Origin: Silicimonas sp.
Lineage (GTDB): Bacteria; Pseudomonadota; Alphaproteobacteria; Rhodobacterales; Rhodobacteraceae
Assembly: GCA_022824525.1 (NCBI GenBank)
Contig: JAJDZT010000052.1
Span: 18,047 to 82,046 of the forward strand
Length of the DNA stretch: 64,000 nt
Direction of reading: 5' to 3'
This document shows positions 39,943 through 49,720 of the stretch, piece by piece (position 1 is the stretch's first letter; the number at the start of each line of letters is the position of its first letter). A program made the position numbers and the translations under genes. The notes beneath the pieces were generated by a model, which saw nothing but the letters and a program-made list of their open reading frames with translations, was not told where the DNA came from and ran no database searches.

Positions 39943-42117
39943 ATGGACCGCGCCGAAATCGTCGAGGCCAACTTCCGCGCCCGTGTGGCCGCGCGGGATT
40001 TTCCGGCCGGTTCAAAACCGAACGGCACGCTGAGCAAGACCGAGGCCGTTGCGCTGTTCCGGGCTCAGGTTCTCTGCCGCGCGCTCGATCTGGAAAGCCG
40101 TGCCATGCAAAAGGCGGGGCAGGGCTTCTACACGATCGGCTCTTCCGGTCACGAAGGCATGGCAGCTGTCGCTCGTGCATTGAGGCCCACGGATCCTGCG
40201 TTCCTTCACTACCGCGACGGTGCGTTCCAAATCGCGCGCGCCGGGCAGGTTCCCGGCCAATCGCCGGCATGGGACATGGCGTTCAGCTTTGCCTGCTCGG
40301 TCGAGGACCCGATCTCCGGGGGGCGCCACAAGGTGCTGGGGTCGAAGGCGCTGAATATCCCGCCACAAACCTCCACCATCGCGAGCCATTTGCCGAAGGC
40401 GGTCGGCGCGGCCTATTCCATCGGGCTCTCCAAACGTCACCCGCCGGAACATGTTCAATACCCGAATGACGCGCTTGTCATGTGTTCCTTCGGAGACGCC
40501 TCGGCCAACCATTCGACCGCGCAAGGCGCCTTCAACACGGCTGGTTGGACCAGCTATCAATCAGTCCCTTTGCCGCTTCTTTTTTTATGCGAAGACAACG
40601 GGATAGGGATCAGTGTTAAGACGCCGGACGGATGGATCGCCAACGCGTTTTCCGGACGTCCGGGTCTCAAGTATTTCCATGCGGATGGGCTCGACATCTA
40701 TGAAACCCACCGGGTCGCGGCGGAGGCTGCGACTTATGTGCGAGAGCGCCGGAAACCGGCCTTTCTCCATCTTCGCACGGTGCGGCTTTACGGCCATGCC
40801 GGTGCGGATGTGCCGACGACATATCTATCGAAGGAGGAGGTCGAGCGCGATGAGGCCGACGATCCCCTCCTGCATTCCGTCCGGCTTCTTGTGGACGCCG
40901 GGGCGCTGACCGGCGACGACGCCCTCGCGATCTACGACGAGACGCGCGCTCGGGTGACACGGGTCGCGGCCGAGGCGGTGAAACGTCCCCGACTTCAATC
41001 CGCGCGAGATGTCATGGAAAGCCTCGTCCCGCCTGTGCGAGTGTGCGCGCCCACCAACGGCCCGTCGGACGAAGACCGAAAGGCGGCATTCGGCGGCGAC
41101 CTGAAGCCGCAAAACGATCCGCAACCGATGAGCCGCCTGATCAACTGGGCGCTCACCGACCTCATGCTGGAACACCCCGAGATCGCCCTGATGGGGGAAG
41201 ACGTGGGGCGCAAGGGCGGCGTCTATGGTGTGACGCAGAAACTCATTCAGCGTTTCGGACCGGATCGCGTGATCGACACGCTTCTGGACGAACAGTCGAT
41301 CCTCGGCCTTGCCATCGGCATGGCGCAGAACGGGTTCATTCCGATCCCTGAAATTCAGTTCCTCGCCTATCTCCATAACGCCGAGGATCAGTTGCGCGGC
41401 GAAGCGGCGACGCTTCCGTTCTTTTCGAAGGGTCAGTTCACCAACCCGATGGTCGTGCGCATCGCGGGGCTTGGGTATCAGAAAGGTTTTGGCGGACATT
41501 TCCACAACGACAATTCGGTCGCTGTCCTGCGCGATATTCCGGGTCTCATCCTCGCGTGCCCGTCGAACGGCGCCGATGCGGCGCGGATGCTGCGAGAGTG
41601 TGTGCGGCTGGCCCGCGAAGAACAGCGATTGGTCGTTTTCCTTGAACCCATCGCGCTTTATCCCGCGCGCGACCTCGCGCCGGGCGATGGCGGCTGGATG
41701 CACCGCTATCCACGCCCAGATGAACGCGTGGCCTTCGGCGAGGTCGGGGTGCATGGCGCGGGCAAAGACCTTGCGATCGTCAGTTTCGCCAACGGGTATC
41801 ACCTATCACGGCAGGCCCAGCCCACGCTTGAGGCGGAAGGAGTTGCGACCCGCGTGATCGACCTCCGCTGGCTCAACCCGCTCCCCGAAGAGGCTCTTTT
41901 GGAAGCGACGGCGGACGCGAAACAAATCCTGGTCGTCGATGAAACGCGCGCGACCGGCGGCGTTTCAGAGGCATTGATCACCCTCTTCGCCGAGGCGGGG
42001 CGCCCGGCGACACGTCTTGCCGCGGAAGACAGTTTCATCGCCACGGGACCAGCCTATGGCGCGACGATGCCGTCGGTCGAGAGTATCCTCACCGCGGCGA
42101 GAAAGGCACTGGGGTGA
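39943..42117 (+). CDS. TPP-dependent 2-oxoacid dehydrogenase E1 component, alpha-beta fusion
   Basis: 724 aa. E1-alpha TPP motif GDASANHSTAQGAFNTAGW...LLFLCEDNGIGIS. E1-beta/transketolase-like half (IALMGEDVGRKGGVYGVT ... DTLLDEQSILGLAIGMAQNG) plus the C-terminal domain. Confidence 0.85.
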   Translation: MDRAEIVEANFRARVAARDFPAGSKPNGTLSKTEAVALFRAQVLCRALDLESRAMQKAGQGFYTIGSSGHEGMAAVARALRPTDPAFLHYRDGAFQIARAGQVPGQSPAWDMAFSFACSVEDPISGGRHKVLGSKALNIPPQTSTIASHLPKAVGAAYSIGLSKRHPPEHVQYPNDALVMCSFGDASANHSTAQGAFNTAGWTSYQSVPLPLLFLCEDNGIGISVKTPDGWIANAFSGRPGLKYFHADGLDIYETHRVAAEAATYVRERRKPAFLHLRTVRLYGHAGADVPTTYLSKEEVERDEADDPLLHSVRLLVDAGALTGDDALAIYDETRARVTRVAAEAVKRPRLQSARDVMESLVPPVRVCAPTNGPSDEDRKAAFGGDLKPQNDPQPMSRLINWALTDLMLEHPEIALMGEDVGRKGGVYGVTQKLIQRFGPDRVIDTLLDEQSILGLAIGMAQNGFIPIPEIQFLAYLHNAEDQLRGEAATLPFFSKGQFTNPMVVRIAGLGYQKGFGGHFHNDNSVAVLRDIPGLILACPSNGADAARMLRECVRLAREEQRLVVFLEPIALYPARDLAPGDGGWMHRYPRPDERVAFGEVGVHGAGKDLAIVSFANGYHLSRQAQPTLEAEGVATRVIDLRWLNPLPEEALLEATADAKQILVVDETRATGGVSEALITLFAEAGRPATRLAAEDSFIATGPAYGATMPSVESILTAARKALG

Positions 42118-43139
42118 TGCGCGCCGTTCTCATATGTCCGGGGCGGGGCACCTACAACGCACCTGAGCTTGGCGCACTCTCGCGACATTTTCCGGATCGA
42201 GATCTTTTGGCCCGCTTCGACAGCTTGCGGCTGGAGGCGGGGCAGGACACTCTGACCGAACTCGACAGAGCGGCGTCTTTCGACCCCGGGCGACATACCC
42301 GCGGAGACAATGCCTCCGCGCTTATCTATGCCGCGGGTGTTGGCGATTCGAAGAACCTCGACTTGGACAAGGTCGAGGTTGTCGCCGTCACCGGGAATTC
42401 GATGGGATGGTACACGGCCCTCGCCTGTGCAGGGGCATTGACGCCCGAAACAGGGTTTCTGGTCGCAAATACTATGGGCACCCTGATGCAGGCCAACCTG
42501 ATCGGTGGCCAGCTCGTTTATCCCCATATGGGCGACGACTGGGTGCCGGACCCGGACAGCAAGGCATCGCTCTTCAATACGATCTCTGAAATTGACTCAC
42601 GGGCCGAACATTCGCTGCGTCTTTCGATCGATCTCGGCGGCATGTTGGTCCTTGCCGGGGATGAGGCCGGCCTGTCCGCCTTTGAAAAGGCAGTGCCGAA
42701 GCGGAACGCCTTTCCGATGCGCCTCAGGAACCACGCGGCGTTCCATACCGATCTCATGCGGCCTGTTTCTGAACTGGGGATGGATCGGCTCGGAGCAGAG
42801 TTGTTCGATCAGCCGAGGGTCCCGTTGATCGATGGGCGCGGCCAGATCTGGTGGCCACACGCCACGGAGATCGGCAGCTTGCGTCACTATACACTCGGCA
42901 CTCAGGTAACCGAACCGTACGACTTCACGGCAGCCATTCGGGTCGCAGCGCGCGAATTCGCACCCGACCTTTTCATCCTGACTGGTCCCGGCACCACACT
43001 CGGCGGCGCCGTTGCGCAATCCCTTGTGTTGTCCAATTGGCGCGGACTGGGCAGCAAGGCGGATTTTCAGAAGATGCAGGATCGCGAACCGGTTCTCGTA
43101 TCCATGGGGCGTGAGGATCAGCGGTCGCTGGTCACCTGA
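42117..43139 (+). CDS. FabD-like acyltransferase (malonyl-CoA:ACP transacylase superfamily)
   Basis: Nucleophile elbow VTGNSMGWYTALA (GxSxG) and NHAAFHTDL (xAFH motif). The ATG overlaps the E1 stop (TGATG; GTG 42114 is also in frame). Confidence 0.8.
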   Translation: MRAVLICPGRGTYNAPELGALSRHFPDRDLLARFDSLRLEAGQDTLTELDRAASFDPGRHTRGDNASALIYAAGVGDSKNLDLDKVEVVAVTGNSMGWYTALACAGALTPETGFLVANTMGTLMQANLIGGQLVYPHMGDDWVPDPDSKASLFNTISEIDSRAEHSLRLSIDLGGMLVLAGDEAGLSAFEKAVPKRNAFPMRLRNHAAFHTDLMRPVSELGMDRLGAELFDQPRVPLIDGRGQIWWPHATEIGSLRHYTLGTQVTEPYDFTAAIRVAAREFAPDLFILTGPGTTLGGAVAQSLVLSNWRGLGSKADFQKMQDREPVLVSMGREDQRSLVT

Positions 43140-43142
43140 GGC

Positions 43143-43916
43143 TCAGGCGAAGAACATGGCCTGACTTACGGCGGACCGAACCTGCTCGGGCGTGTAGGGC
43201 TTTGTCACGAGGAAAGCGGGCTCCGGGCCCTTGCCGGTCAAAAGACGTTCCGGGAATCCCGTGATGTAGACCACGGGTGTCAGGGGGTAGAACTTCAGTA
43301 TCTTGCCCACGGTCCGAATACCCGATCCGCCGTTGGCCAACTGGATGTCCGACAGAATCAGGTCGGGCTCCTCCGTCTCCGCGATTTCGAGGGCGTCTTC
43401 CCCGGTTGGCGCGGTGCCGATGACGGTGTGGCCCATGTTTGTCACGATCTCCGAAATCTCGTCGGCAACTGCCAGTTCGTCCTCAATCACGAGAACGCGT
43501 CCGGAGATGAGGCTGGACAGATCTTTCCGTGCGACCGAAATCAGACCTTCGATCTCTTCGGTCGGACGACGCATGATTGCCCCGATTTCCTCGTGTGAGA
43601 ACTCTTCAAACGCGCTCAGGAGGTAGGCGTCCCGGCTGCCCGGTGTGAGACGCGCGAGATGTCGGTTGGCACGTGACAACGCCTGATCGGCATCGGTCTC
43701 GAGACGGTAGCTCAGATCGCTCCGCGCGTCCTGAAGCGCCCGGAACAGAACCACCTTGAGATCCATGTCGTCGCTCAAAGTTTCATCTGTGTGTAGAAAC
43801 GTAATGAGCGCATGCTCAGCAATGCGATCTCCAAGATCACGACTTCCACTCATTGCGCGCGCGTAACGCCGCAAAAAGGGAAGATACCTCTCAATTTCCT
43901 GAACGATCGGACTCAT
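43143..43916 (-). CDS. phyR: PhyR anti-anti-sigma response regulator (sigma-like domain + receiver)
   Basis: N-terminal ECF-sigma-like domain (IERYLPFLRRYARAMSG...). C-terminal receiver (RVLVIEDELAVADEI ... DLILSDIQLANGGSG ... LVTKP). Divergent from nepR-ecfG. Confidence 0.9.
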   Translation of the reverse strand: MSPIVQEIERYLPFLRRYARAMSGSRDLGDRIAEHALITFLHTDETLSDDMDLKVVLFRALQDARSDLSYRLETDADQALSRANRHLARLTPGSRDAYLLSAFEEFSHEEIGAIMRRPTEEIEGLISVARKDLSSLISGRVLVIEDELAVADEISEIVTNMGHTVIGTAPTGEDALEIAETEEPDLILSDIQLANGGSGIRTVGKILKFYPLTPVVYITGFPERLLTGKGPEPAFLVTKPYTPEQVRSAVSQAMFFA

Positions 43917-43997
43917 GGCCTCACAAAAGGAAGTGGTGGTGAAACAGTTTTATTCAACCTATACTAGAAACACAGGCACTTTGCCATTAGGGACGGC

Positions 43998-44171
43998 ATG
44001 TCGCGCGAAAAGGCTTCACAGAAAGATTTCGATCGCATCGACGACATCGTTCGTCGAGCCTATGAAGGATTTCTTAACGAAGAATTGCCTGACCGATTCA
44101 TCGTGCTTTTGGAAAAGTTAAGAAATGATGAACTTCCGGAGAATGAGCGCCCTCTGAAAGACGATCCCTGA
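43998..44171 (+). CDS. nepR: NepR anti-sigma factor (57 aa, absent from the ORF track)
   Basis: Manual translation: MSREKASQKDFDRIDDIVRRAYEGFLNEELPDRFIVLLEKLRNDELPENERPLKDDP. The NepR-type core (Y..........EELPDRF..LL.KL) is present. Its stop overlaps the ecfG ATG (TGATG). Canonical position between phyR and ecfG. Confidence 0.82.
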   Translation: MSREKASQKDFDRIDDIVRRAYEGFLNEELPDRFIVLLEKLRNDELPENERPLKDDP

Positions 44172-44671
44172 TGCCCGGGGATCCGCGAGATGAGATTGCA
44201 GCGCACATTCCAGCAATGCGCGCGCTTGCCATTTCGCTGACGCACGACCCTTCGCTTGCAGACGATATTGTTCAGGAAGCAGCCATCAAGGCATGGCTGA
44301 ACTTCGGCACTTTCACGATCGGGACGAACCTCAAGGCTTGGTTGTTCGCCATCCTGCGCAACACGTTTTATTCCGAGCTGCGGAAGCGTCGCTTGCAGGT
44401 CGAGCCGCTCGATGCCCTGTTGGCGAAGAACCTTGCTGTCCGGGGCGCGCAGGAAGACGCGTTGATGCTGCGCGATTTCCTGACGGCGTTTCGTCTGCTC
44501 AGCCTTGAGCAACGCGAAGCCCTTCTGCTCGTTGGCGCTCTCGGCTCTTCCTATGAAGAAGCCGCGGAAGTCTGTCATGTGCCGGTAGGGACGATCAAAA
44601 GCCGGGCACACAGGGGCCGCGTTCTTCTGGCGGAACACCTGGAAGACTGCGGCCTTGGCACGCCAACCTAG
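44171..44671 (+). CDS. ecfG: ECF sigma factor, EcfG (general stress response) type
   Basis: 166 aa. Region 2 DDIVQEAAIKAWLNFGTF ... LKAWLFAILRNTFYSELRKRR and region 4 EALLLVGALGSSYEEAAEVCHVPVGTIKSRAHRGR. Confidence 0.88.
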   Translation: MPGDPRDEIAAHIPAMRALAISLTHDPSLADDIVQEAAIKAWLNFGTFTIGTNLKAWLFAILRNTFYSELRKRRLQVEPLDALLAKNLAVRGAQEDALMLRDFLTAFRLLSLEQREALLLVGALGSSYEEAAEVCHVPVGTIKSRAHRGRVLLAEHLEDCGLGTPT

Positions 44672-46077
44672 GTTTCTGACGCGAAGACCTTTCCGGGGTT
44701 CATGATGTCTTGCGGATCAATGGCTGATTTGATCGCGCGCATCAGCGGAAGCGTTGATGGGTGCTCCTTTTTCAGCGACGCCATCTTGCCTTGTCCAATG
44801 CCGTGTTCTCCGGAGATCGTGCCGTCAAGCTCGACCGCAAGTTCGCTCAGCCACGCCACGAATTCTTCCCCACGGGCGCATTCGTCAGCGCTCTCCATGT
44901 CGATCAGAAGCGTGCAATGATAATTCCCATCCCCCACATGCCCGAGGATCAGACAAAGAAGGTCCAGTTCGGCGGCCTTTTTCTGCGTGCGGGTCACTGC
45001 CTCGGCGAGGTTTGAGATCGGCACGCAAACATCTGTTGCCACGGCCTCCGCCTCGGGGCGGAGCCGCTTTTGCGCCCAATAGGCATCATGGCGTGCCTGC
45101 CAAAGCCTGTTCCGTTCCTCGGCGTTGGCCGTCCACTCAAACCCGGTGCCGCCGACCTCCTCGGCAATTTCCCCGAAGGTTGCGGCCTGCTCGGCAACAC
45201 CTGCTTCCGATCCATGGAACTCCAGAAGAAGAAGCGGTGCCACGGGCAGATCAAGTTTGGAGTATTCGTTCAGCGATCTGACACTCTCCGCATCCAGCAA
45301 TTCCATCCGCGCAACGGGTACCCCCATCTGAATGGTCAGGATCACGGCGTTGCACGCGGCTTCCACATCCGGAAAAGTGCAGCGTGCCGACGACATCGCT
45401 TCCGGGATCCCGTAGAGCTTCAGGGTAAGTTCCGTGATGATGCCAAGCGTGCCTTCCGAGCCGATCAGCAGCCGGGTCAAATCATAACCTGCGGAAGATT
45501 TCTTGGCGCGTCCGCCTGTCCGGATGATCTCGCCGTTCGGCAAAACCGCTTCCAGGGCCAGTACATTGTCTTTCATCGTTCCGTACCGCACGGCATTCGT
45601 CCCCGACGCGCGTGTGGCGGCCATACCGCCGAGAGAGGCATCGGCACCGGGATCGATCGGGAAGAACAAGCCGGTGTCGCGCAGATACTCGTTGACGGCC
45701 TTGCGCGTCACGCCGGGCTGCACGACCACGTCCAGATCCTCGGCATGAACCTCCAGAACCTTGTTCATCTGGCTGACATCGATGGAGATGCCGCCTGCAG
45801 GTGCATTCACGTGACCTTCCAGCGATGTGCCGGTCCCGAACGGAATGATCGGCACCCCGTGTTCGGCGGCAACGCGGACCACATCGGCCACATCCTCGGT
45901 TGACTGGGCGAAGACGACAGCATCAGGCGGCTGGTTTTCAATCCACGTCGTCGTATGACCATGCTGTTCGCGGATCGCCTGACCGGTCTGCAACTGCTCT
46001 CCAAACCGTTGCTTCAGAATGCCGATGGCAGTTTCGATGCCGGTTTCATTGCGGGGAAGGGATAGAACCTGAACCAT
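44668..46077 (-). CDS. FAD-linked oxidase (GlcD / D-lactate dehydrogenase family)
   Basis: 469 aa. FAD_binding_4 region (VPIIPFGTGTSLEGH) and a C-terminal FAD-oxidase domain (GTISGEHGIGQGK). Confidence 0.88.
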   Translation of the reverse strand: MVQVLSLPRNETGIETAIGILKQRFGEQLQTGQAIREQHGHTTTWIENQPPDAVVFAQSTEDVADVVRVAAEHGVPIIPFGTGTSLEGHVNAPAGGISIDVSQMNKVLEVHAEDLDVVVQPGVTRKAVNEYLRDTGLFFPIDPGADASLGGMAATRASGTNAVRYGTMKDNVLALEAVLPNGEIIRTGGRAKKSSAGYDLTRLLIGSEGTLGIITELTLKLYGIPEAMSSARCTFPDVEAACNAVILTIQMGVPVARMELLDAESVRSLNEYSKLDLPVAPLLLLEFHGSEAGVAEQAATFGEIAEEVGGTGFEWTANAEERNRLWQARHDAYWAQKRLRPEAEAVATDVCVPISNLAEAVTRTQKKAAELDLLCLILGHVGDGNYHCTLLIDMESADECARGEEFVAWLSELAVELDGTISGEHGIGQGKMASLKKEHPSTLPLMRAIKSAIDPQDIMNPGKVFASET

Positions 46078-46377
46078 CCTGCGAACCTGCCCGCTGGTTT
46101 CTTGAGGTTCAAGCCAAAGAGGGCGCGAAAGACCATAAGACAGGTCTTGAGATTCGCGGCCCGCTCGCTGTGACTCGCCCCACGTTCGAGCAGCGTGCAG
46201 CCTAGAGTTGCGCTAATGCCCCATAAGCAATTTTCCGACAATTATTCGGAAAAATGCGGCAATTTCCTGCCGTTACCCGGCGTTATAAACCTTTTGCTGT
46301 CATTCTTTCGCCATCTTTCCCAAAGATTGTGACATGCGCGGCGCTGCCTGGCCGCCACCATGTGGGGACATGAGAAA

Positions 46378-46575
46378 ATGAACATGCTGTCTATTCTACC
46401 GGTATGCCTTCTTGGTTTGGTGACACTTTGGTTTTTGTGGCCGCTTGTGGCCGATCCGATCGCACGCCGTATGGCCGTTCGCTCCGGGACAGAGCGGGAC
46501 GGTGACGACCTCTTTCGAACACTGGCTGAACGGTCTGGTCCGAAGCACGGGCTGATGCGCGCTGAGCGCGGCTGA
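46378..46575 (+). CDS. small membrane protein (65 aa), hypothetical
   Basis: ATG 46378 gives MNMLSILPVCLLGLVTLWFLWPLV (one TM helix) followed by a charged tail. Weak support only. Confidence 0.4.
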   Translation: MNMLSILPVCLLGLVTLWFLWPLVADPIARRMAVRSGTERDGDDLFRTLAERSGPKHGLMRAERG

Positions 46576-46697
46576 CCTTTTTTCTACCTGTCTTGCGAAA
46601 AAGCGTGACCCCGGTGCCTTGCAGGCCCGGGGGTGCGCTACTAAGACTCTGGCAACATCTCAGGCGTAGACACGCCTCGTAAGCAAGGCAGGCATCC

Positions 46698-47327
46698 ATG
46701 AAAGACCCGATCGAGACCTATATGAACCTTGTTCCCATGGTGGTCGAACAGACCAGCCGCGGTGAACGGGCCTACGATATTTTCTCCCGCCTCCTGAAGG
46801 AGCGGATCGTTTTCGTGAACGGACCGGTCCATGACGGGATGAGCCAGTTGATCGTGGCTCAGCTTCTTCACCTTGAGGCGGAAAACCCGTCCAAGGAAAT
46901 TTCAATGTACATCAACAGCCCCGGCGGTGTCGTGACGGCGGGTCTCTCGATCTACGACACGATGCAGTACATCCGTCCCAAGATCGCAACGCTCGTGATC
47001 GGGCAGGCGGCGTCGATGGGTTCGTTGCTGCTGTGTGCAGGCAATAAAGGCATGCGCATGTCGCTTCCGAACAGCTCGATCATGGTTCACCAGCCGTCCG
47101 GTGGGTTCCAGGGGCAGGCGACTGACATCATGATCCACGCGCGCCACACGGAACGGCTGAAAACGCAGCTGAACGAAATCTACGTCAAGCACACGGGGCA
47201 AAGCCTCAAGAAGGTCGAGGACGCGTTGGAACGCGACAACTTCATGACCCCTGAGGAGGCCAAGGATTGGGGCCTGATCGATGAGATTGTGGAAACACGA
47301 TCGAAGCCGGAGAGTGACGATAGCTGA
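46698..47327 (+). CDS. clpP: ATP-dependent Clp protease proteolytic subunit
   Basis: 209 aa. [10 protein letters not shown], active-site Ser in [19 protein letters not shown]. Confidence 0.96.
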   Translation: MKDPIETYMNLVPMVVEQTSRGERAYDIFSRLLKERIVFVNGPVHDGMSQLIVAQLLHLEAENPSKEISMYINSPGGVVTAGLSIYDTMQYIRPKIATLVIGQAASMGSLLLCAGNKGMRMSLPNSSIMVHQPSGGFQGQATDIMIHARHTERLKTQLNEIYVKHTGQSLKKVEDALERDNFMTPEEAKDWGLIDEIVETRSKPESDDS

Positions 47328-47441
47328 TTGCTTTAATCAAAATGTTGTTTTTGCGTTGTACCCCTATGCGCTTCGGCCTAGGCTTTCCCGAAATGGGGTG
47401 CTGACGAGCAGATACGACCGTTCTGGAAAAGGTAAAACGTG

Positions 47442-48701
47442 ATGGCGAACAATACCGGCGATTCCAAAAACACGCTTTACTGTTCCTTCTGCGGCAAAAG
47501 TCAGCACGAAGTTCGCAAATTGATCGCAGGCCCGACCGTCTTCATCTGTGACGAATGTGTCGAACTCTGCATGGACATCATCCGGGAAGAAACCAAGACC
47601 GCGGGTCTGAAATCTTCCGACGGTGTACCGTCCCCGCGGGAGATTTGCGACGTTCTCGACGAATACGTGATCGGGCAGGCGCATGCGAAGCGCGTGCTCT
47701 CTGTTGCCGTGCACAACCACTACAAGCGCCTGAACCATGCCGGCAAAACCGACATCGAACTGGCGAAGTCAAACATCCTGCTGATCGGTCCGACGGGTTG
47801 CGGCAAGACGCTGCTGGCACAGACGCTGGCGCGCATTCTCGACGTGCCCTTCACCATGGCGGATGCAACGACGCTTACAGAAGCGGGTTATGTCGGCGAA
47901 GATGTCGAAAACATCATCCTGAAGCTTCTTCAGGCCAGCGAATATAACGTCGAACGCGCGCAGCGCGGCATCGTCTATATCGACGAGGTCGACAAGATCA
48001 CGCGCAAGTCCGACAACCCGTCGATCACACGTGATGTCTCGGGCGAAGGCGTGCAGCAGGCGCTTCTGAAGATCATGGAAGGCACGGTTGCCTCCGTGCC
48101 CCCGCAAGGTGGCCGCAAGCATCCGCAGCAGGAATTCCTGCAGGTGGACACGACCAACATCCTCTTCATCTGCGGCGGCGCGTTTGCCGGTCTCGACAAG
48201 ATCATCGCGCAGCGGGGCAAAGGATCTGCCATGGGCTTCGGTGCCGATGTGCGTGACCCGGATGAAAAGTCCATCGGCCAGCACTTCAAGGACCTTGAAC
48301 CCGAAGACCTTCTGAAATTTGGCCTGATCCCGGAATTCGTTGGTCGTCTTCCCGTGATCGCAACGCTCGAAGACCTCGACGAAGACGCGCTTGTCACCAT
48401 TCTGACTGAGCCGAAGAACGCGCTCGTGAAGCAGTACCAGCGCCTGTTCGAGCTGGAAGACGCGCAACTGACCTTCACCGACGACGCCTTGAGCGCCATC
48501 GCCAAGAAGGCCATCGAACGCAAGACGGGTGCCCGTGGCCTCCGCTCGATCATGGAAAACATCCTGCTCGACACGATGTTCGACCTCCCCGGCATGGACA
48601 GCGTGGAAGACGTAGTGGTGAACGAGGAAGCGGTCAGCGCAGAAGCCGCGCCCTTGATGATCCATTCCGACGCAAAAGCGGAGCCTGCCAGCGCCGGCTG
48701 A
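47442..48701 (+). CDS. clpX: ATP-dependent Clp protease ATP-binding subunit ClpX
   Basis: Zn-finger [26 protein letters not shown], Walker A GPTGCGKT, Walker [13 protein letters not shown] 47442 is directly after the in-frame GTG 47439. Confidence 0.96.
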   Translation: MANNTGDSKNTLYCSFCGKSQHEVRKLIAGPTVFICDECVELCMDIIREETKTAGLKSSDGVPSPREICDVLDEYVIGQAHAKRVLSVAVHNHYKRLNHAGKTDIELAKSNILLIGPTGCGKTLLAQTLARILDVPFTMADATTLTEAGYVGEDVENIILKLLQASEYNVERAQRGIVYIDEVDKITRKSDNPSITRDVSGEGVQQALLKIMEGTVASVPPQGGRKHPQQEFLQVDTTNILFICGGAFAGLDKIIAQRGKGSAMGFGADVRDPDEKSIGQHFKDLEPEDLLKFGLIPEFVGRLPVIATLEDLDEDALVTILTEPKNALVKQYQRLFELEDAQLTFTDDALSAIAKKAIERKTGARGLRSIMENILLDTMFDLPGMDSVEDVVVNEEAVSAEAAPLMIHSDAKAEPASAG

Positions 48702-48735
48702 CAGACAAAGCCCGGCGGCGATCAGAGACGGCGGA

Positions 48736-48762
48736 AGGCGCGGCAATAGCCGCGCTTTTTTC
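48736..48762 (+). terminator. rho-independent terminator of clpX
   Basis: Stem GCGCGGC (48738-48744) / GCCGCGC (48749-48755), loop AATA, followed by TTTTTT (48756-48761). Confidence 0.78.
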
Positions 48763-48885
48763 TTGCCATCCCACTGGCCCCCATCGGCAGATTTCCGGCT
48801 TCAGACACGGTCTGCGACCGCACATCCTCTGGATTTTCCTCGCGGCTTCCGGCATACCGAACGCGAACAGGCAGAAAGGTCCGAC

Positions 48886-49266
48886 ATGGGCATTCTCAAC
48901 ACCATTCTTCGCGCCGTCACCTGGTGGAACAGCCAGACCTGGGGCACCCAGCTTTATACGTGGCGCAATGGCGAAAAAGTCGGTGAAGACGAGCAAGGCA
49001 ACGTCTTCTACCAGTCGTCCGAAGGTCGCCGCTGGGTGATCTTCAACGGAGAGGCCGAGGCAAGCCGGGTTTCACCGGAATGGCATGGCTGGCTCCACTA
49101 CACCTGGGATGAGCCACCGACCGAAAAGCCGCTGGTCCACAAGGACTGGGAAAAGCCGCATCAGGAAAACCTGACCGGCACCTCAGCGGCCTACGCACCT
49201 GCCGGATCGTTGCGTCAGGCGACACCTGCAGACCGGTCTGACTACGAGGCCTGGATCCCGGAGTAA
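48886..49266 (+). CDS. NDUFA12-like NADH:ubiquinone oxidoreductase subunit family protein
   Basis: Start moved to ATG 48886 ([14 protein letters not shown]...). [30 protein letters not shown] matches the NDUFA12 signature. Confidence 0.85.
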   Translation: MGILNTILRAVTWWNSQTWGTQLYTWRNGEKVGEDEQGNVFYQSSEGRRWVIFNGEAEASRVSPEWHGWLHYTWDEPPTEKPLVHKDWEKPHQENLTGTSAAYAPAGSLRQATPADRSDYEAWIPE

Positions 49267-49270
49267 GGGC

Positions 49271-49720
49271 ATGTCCGAAAACATCACCGAAGTTCTGACG
49301 GGGGGCGCGGTTCTGGCCGTTGCTGCCGGTTTCCTGTTCTACGCGGGCCAGGTCGGCGGCGTAGGCGTATCCAATGCCGGGTTTGACAATTACAGCGCGT
49401 CGTTCCGCTCGGCCGAGGGGATCGGGATCGGCACCGACGTGCGGCTCGCCGGTGTCAAGGTCGGCAGCGTCACCGAGATGACGTTGGACCCCGCGACGTT
49501 CCGGGCCGAGACGAGCTTTACATTACAGGACGACGTCGCACTTCCTGATGACAGTGCGGTCGTCATCTCCTCCGAAGGGCTCCTCGGCGGCAGTTTTCTC
49601 GAGATTTTGCCCGGTGGTTCGCCGTTCAACCTCGAGCCGGGGGACGAGATCGTCGATACGCAAAGCTCTGTTTCCATCATCCAACTGCTCCTGAAATTCG
49701 TTTCAGGCGACGAAGAATGA
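49271..49720 (+). CDS. mlaD: MlaD (MCE-domain) outer-membrane lipid asymmetry protein
   Basis: 149 aa. N-terminal TM anchor then the MCE core (GIGIGTDVRLAGVKVGSVTEMTLDP). Confidence 0.8.
   Translation: MSENITEVLTGGAVLAVAAGFLFYAGQVGGVGVSNAGFDNYSASFRSAEGIGIGTDVRLAGVKVGSVTEMTLDPATFRAETSFTLQDDVALPDDSAVVISSEGLLGGSFLEILPGGSPFNLEPGDEIVDTQSSVSIIQLLLKFVSGDEE

Noticed and set aside
43917-43997. EcfG-type promoter (GGAAC-N16-17-CGTT) expected between phyR and nepR.
   Set aside because: Not found on either strand by eye. The best partial match, GAAAC-N16-TACT at 43941-43965, is too weak to annotate.
43915-44121. 68-aa ORF from the track in the phyR-ecfG spacer.
   Set aside because: It is in the wrong frame. 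The NepR-like product is encoded from ATG 43998 in another frame and is stop/start coupled to ecfG.
47345-47369. RpoH (sigma-32)-like promoter upstream of clpX (TTG-N16-CTATGC), and a CTTGCG...CCCCGG string upstream of clpP (about 46589-46615).
   Set aside because: The matches to alphaproteobacterial heat-shock promoter consensus are partial and the spacing is uncertain. They cannot be supported without TSS data.
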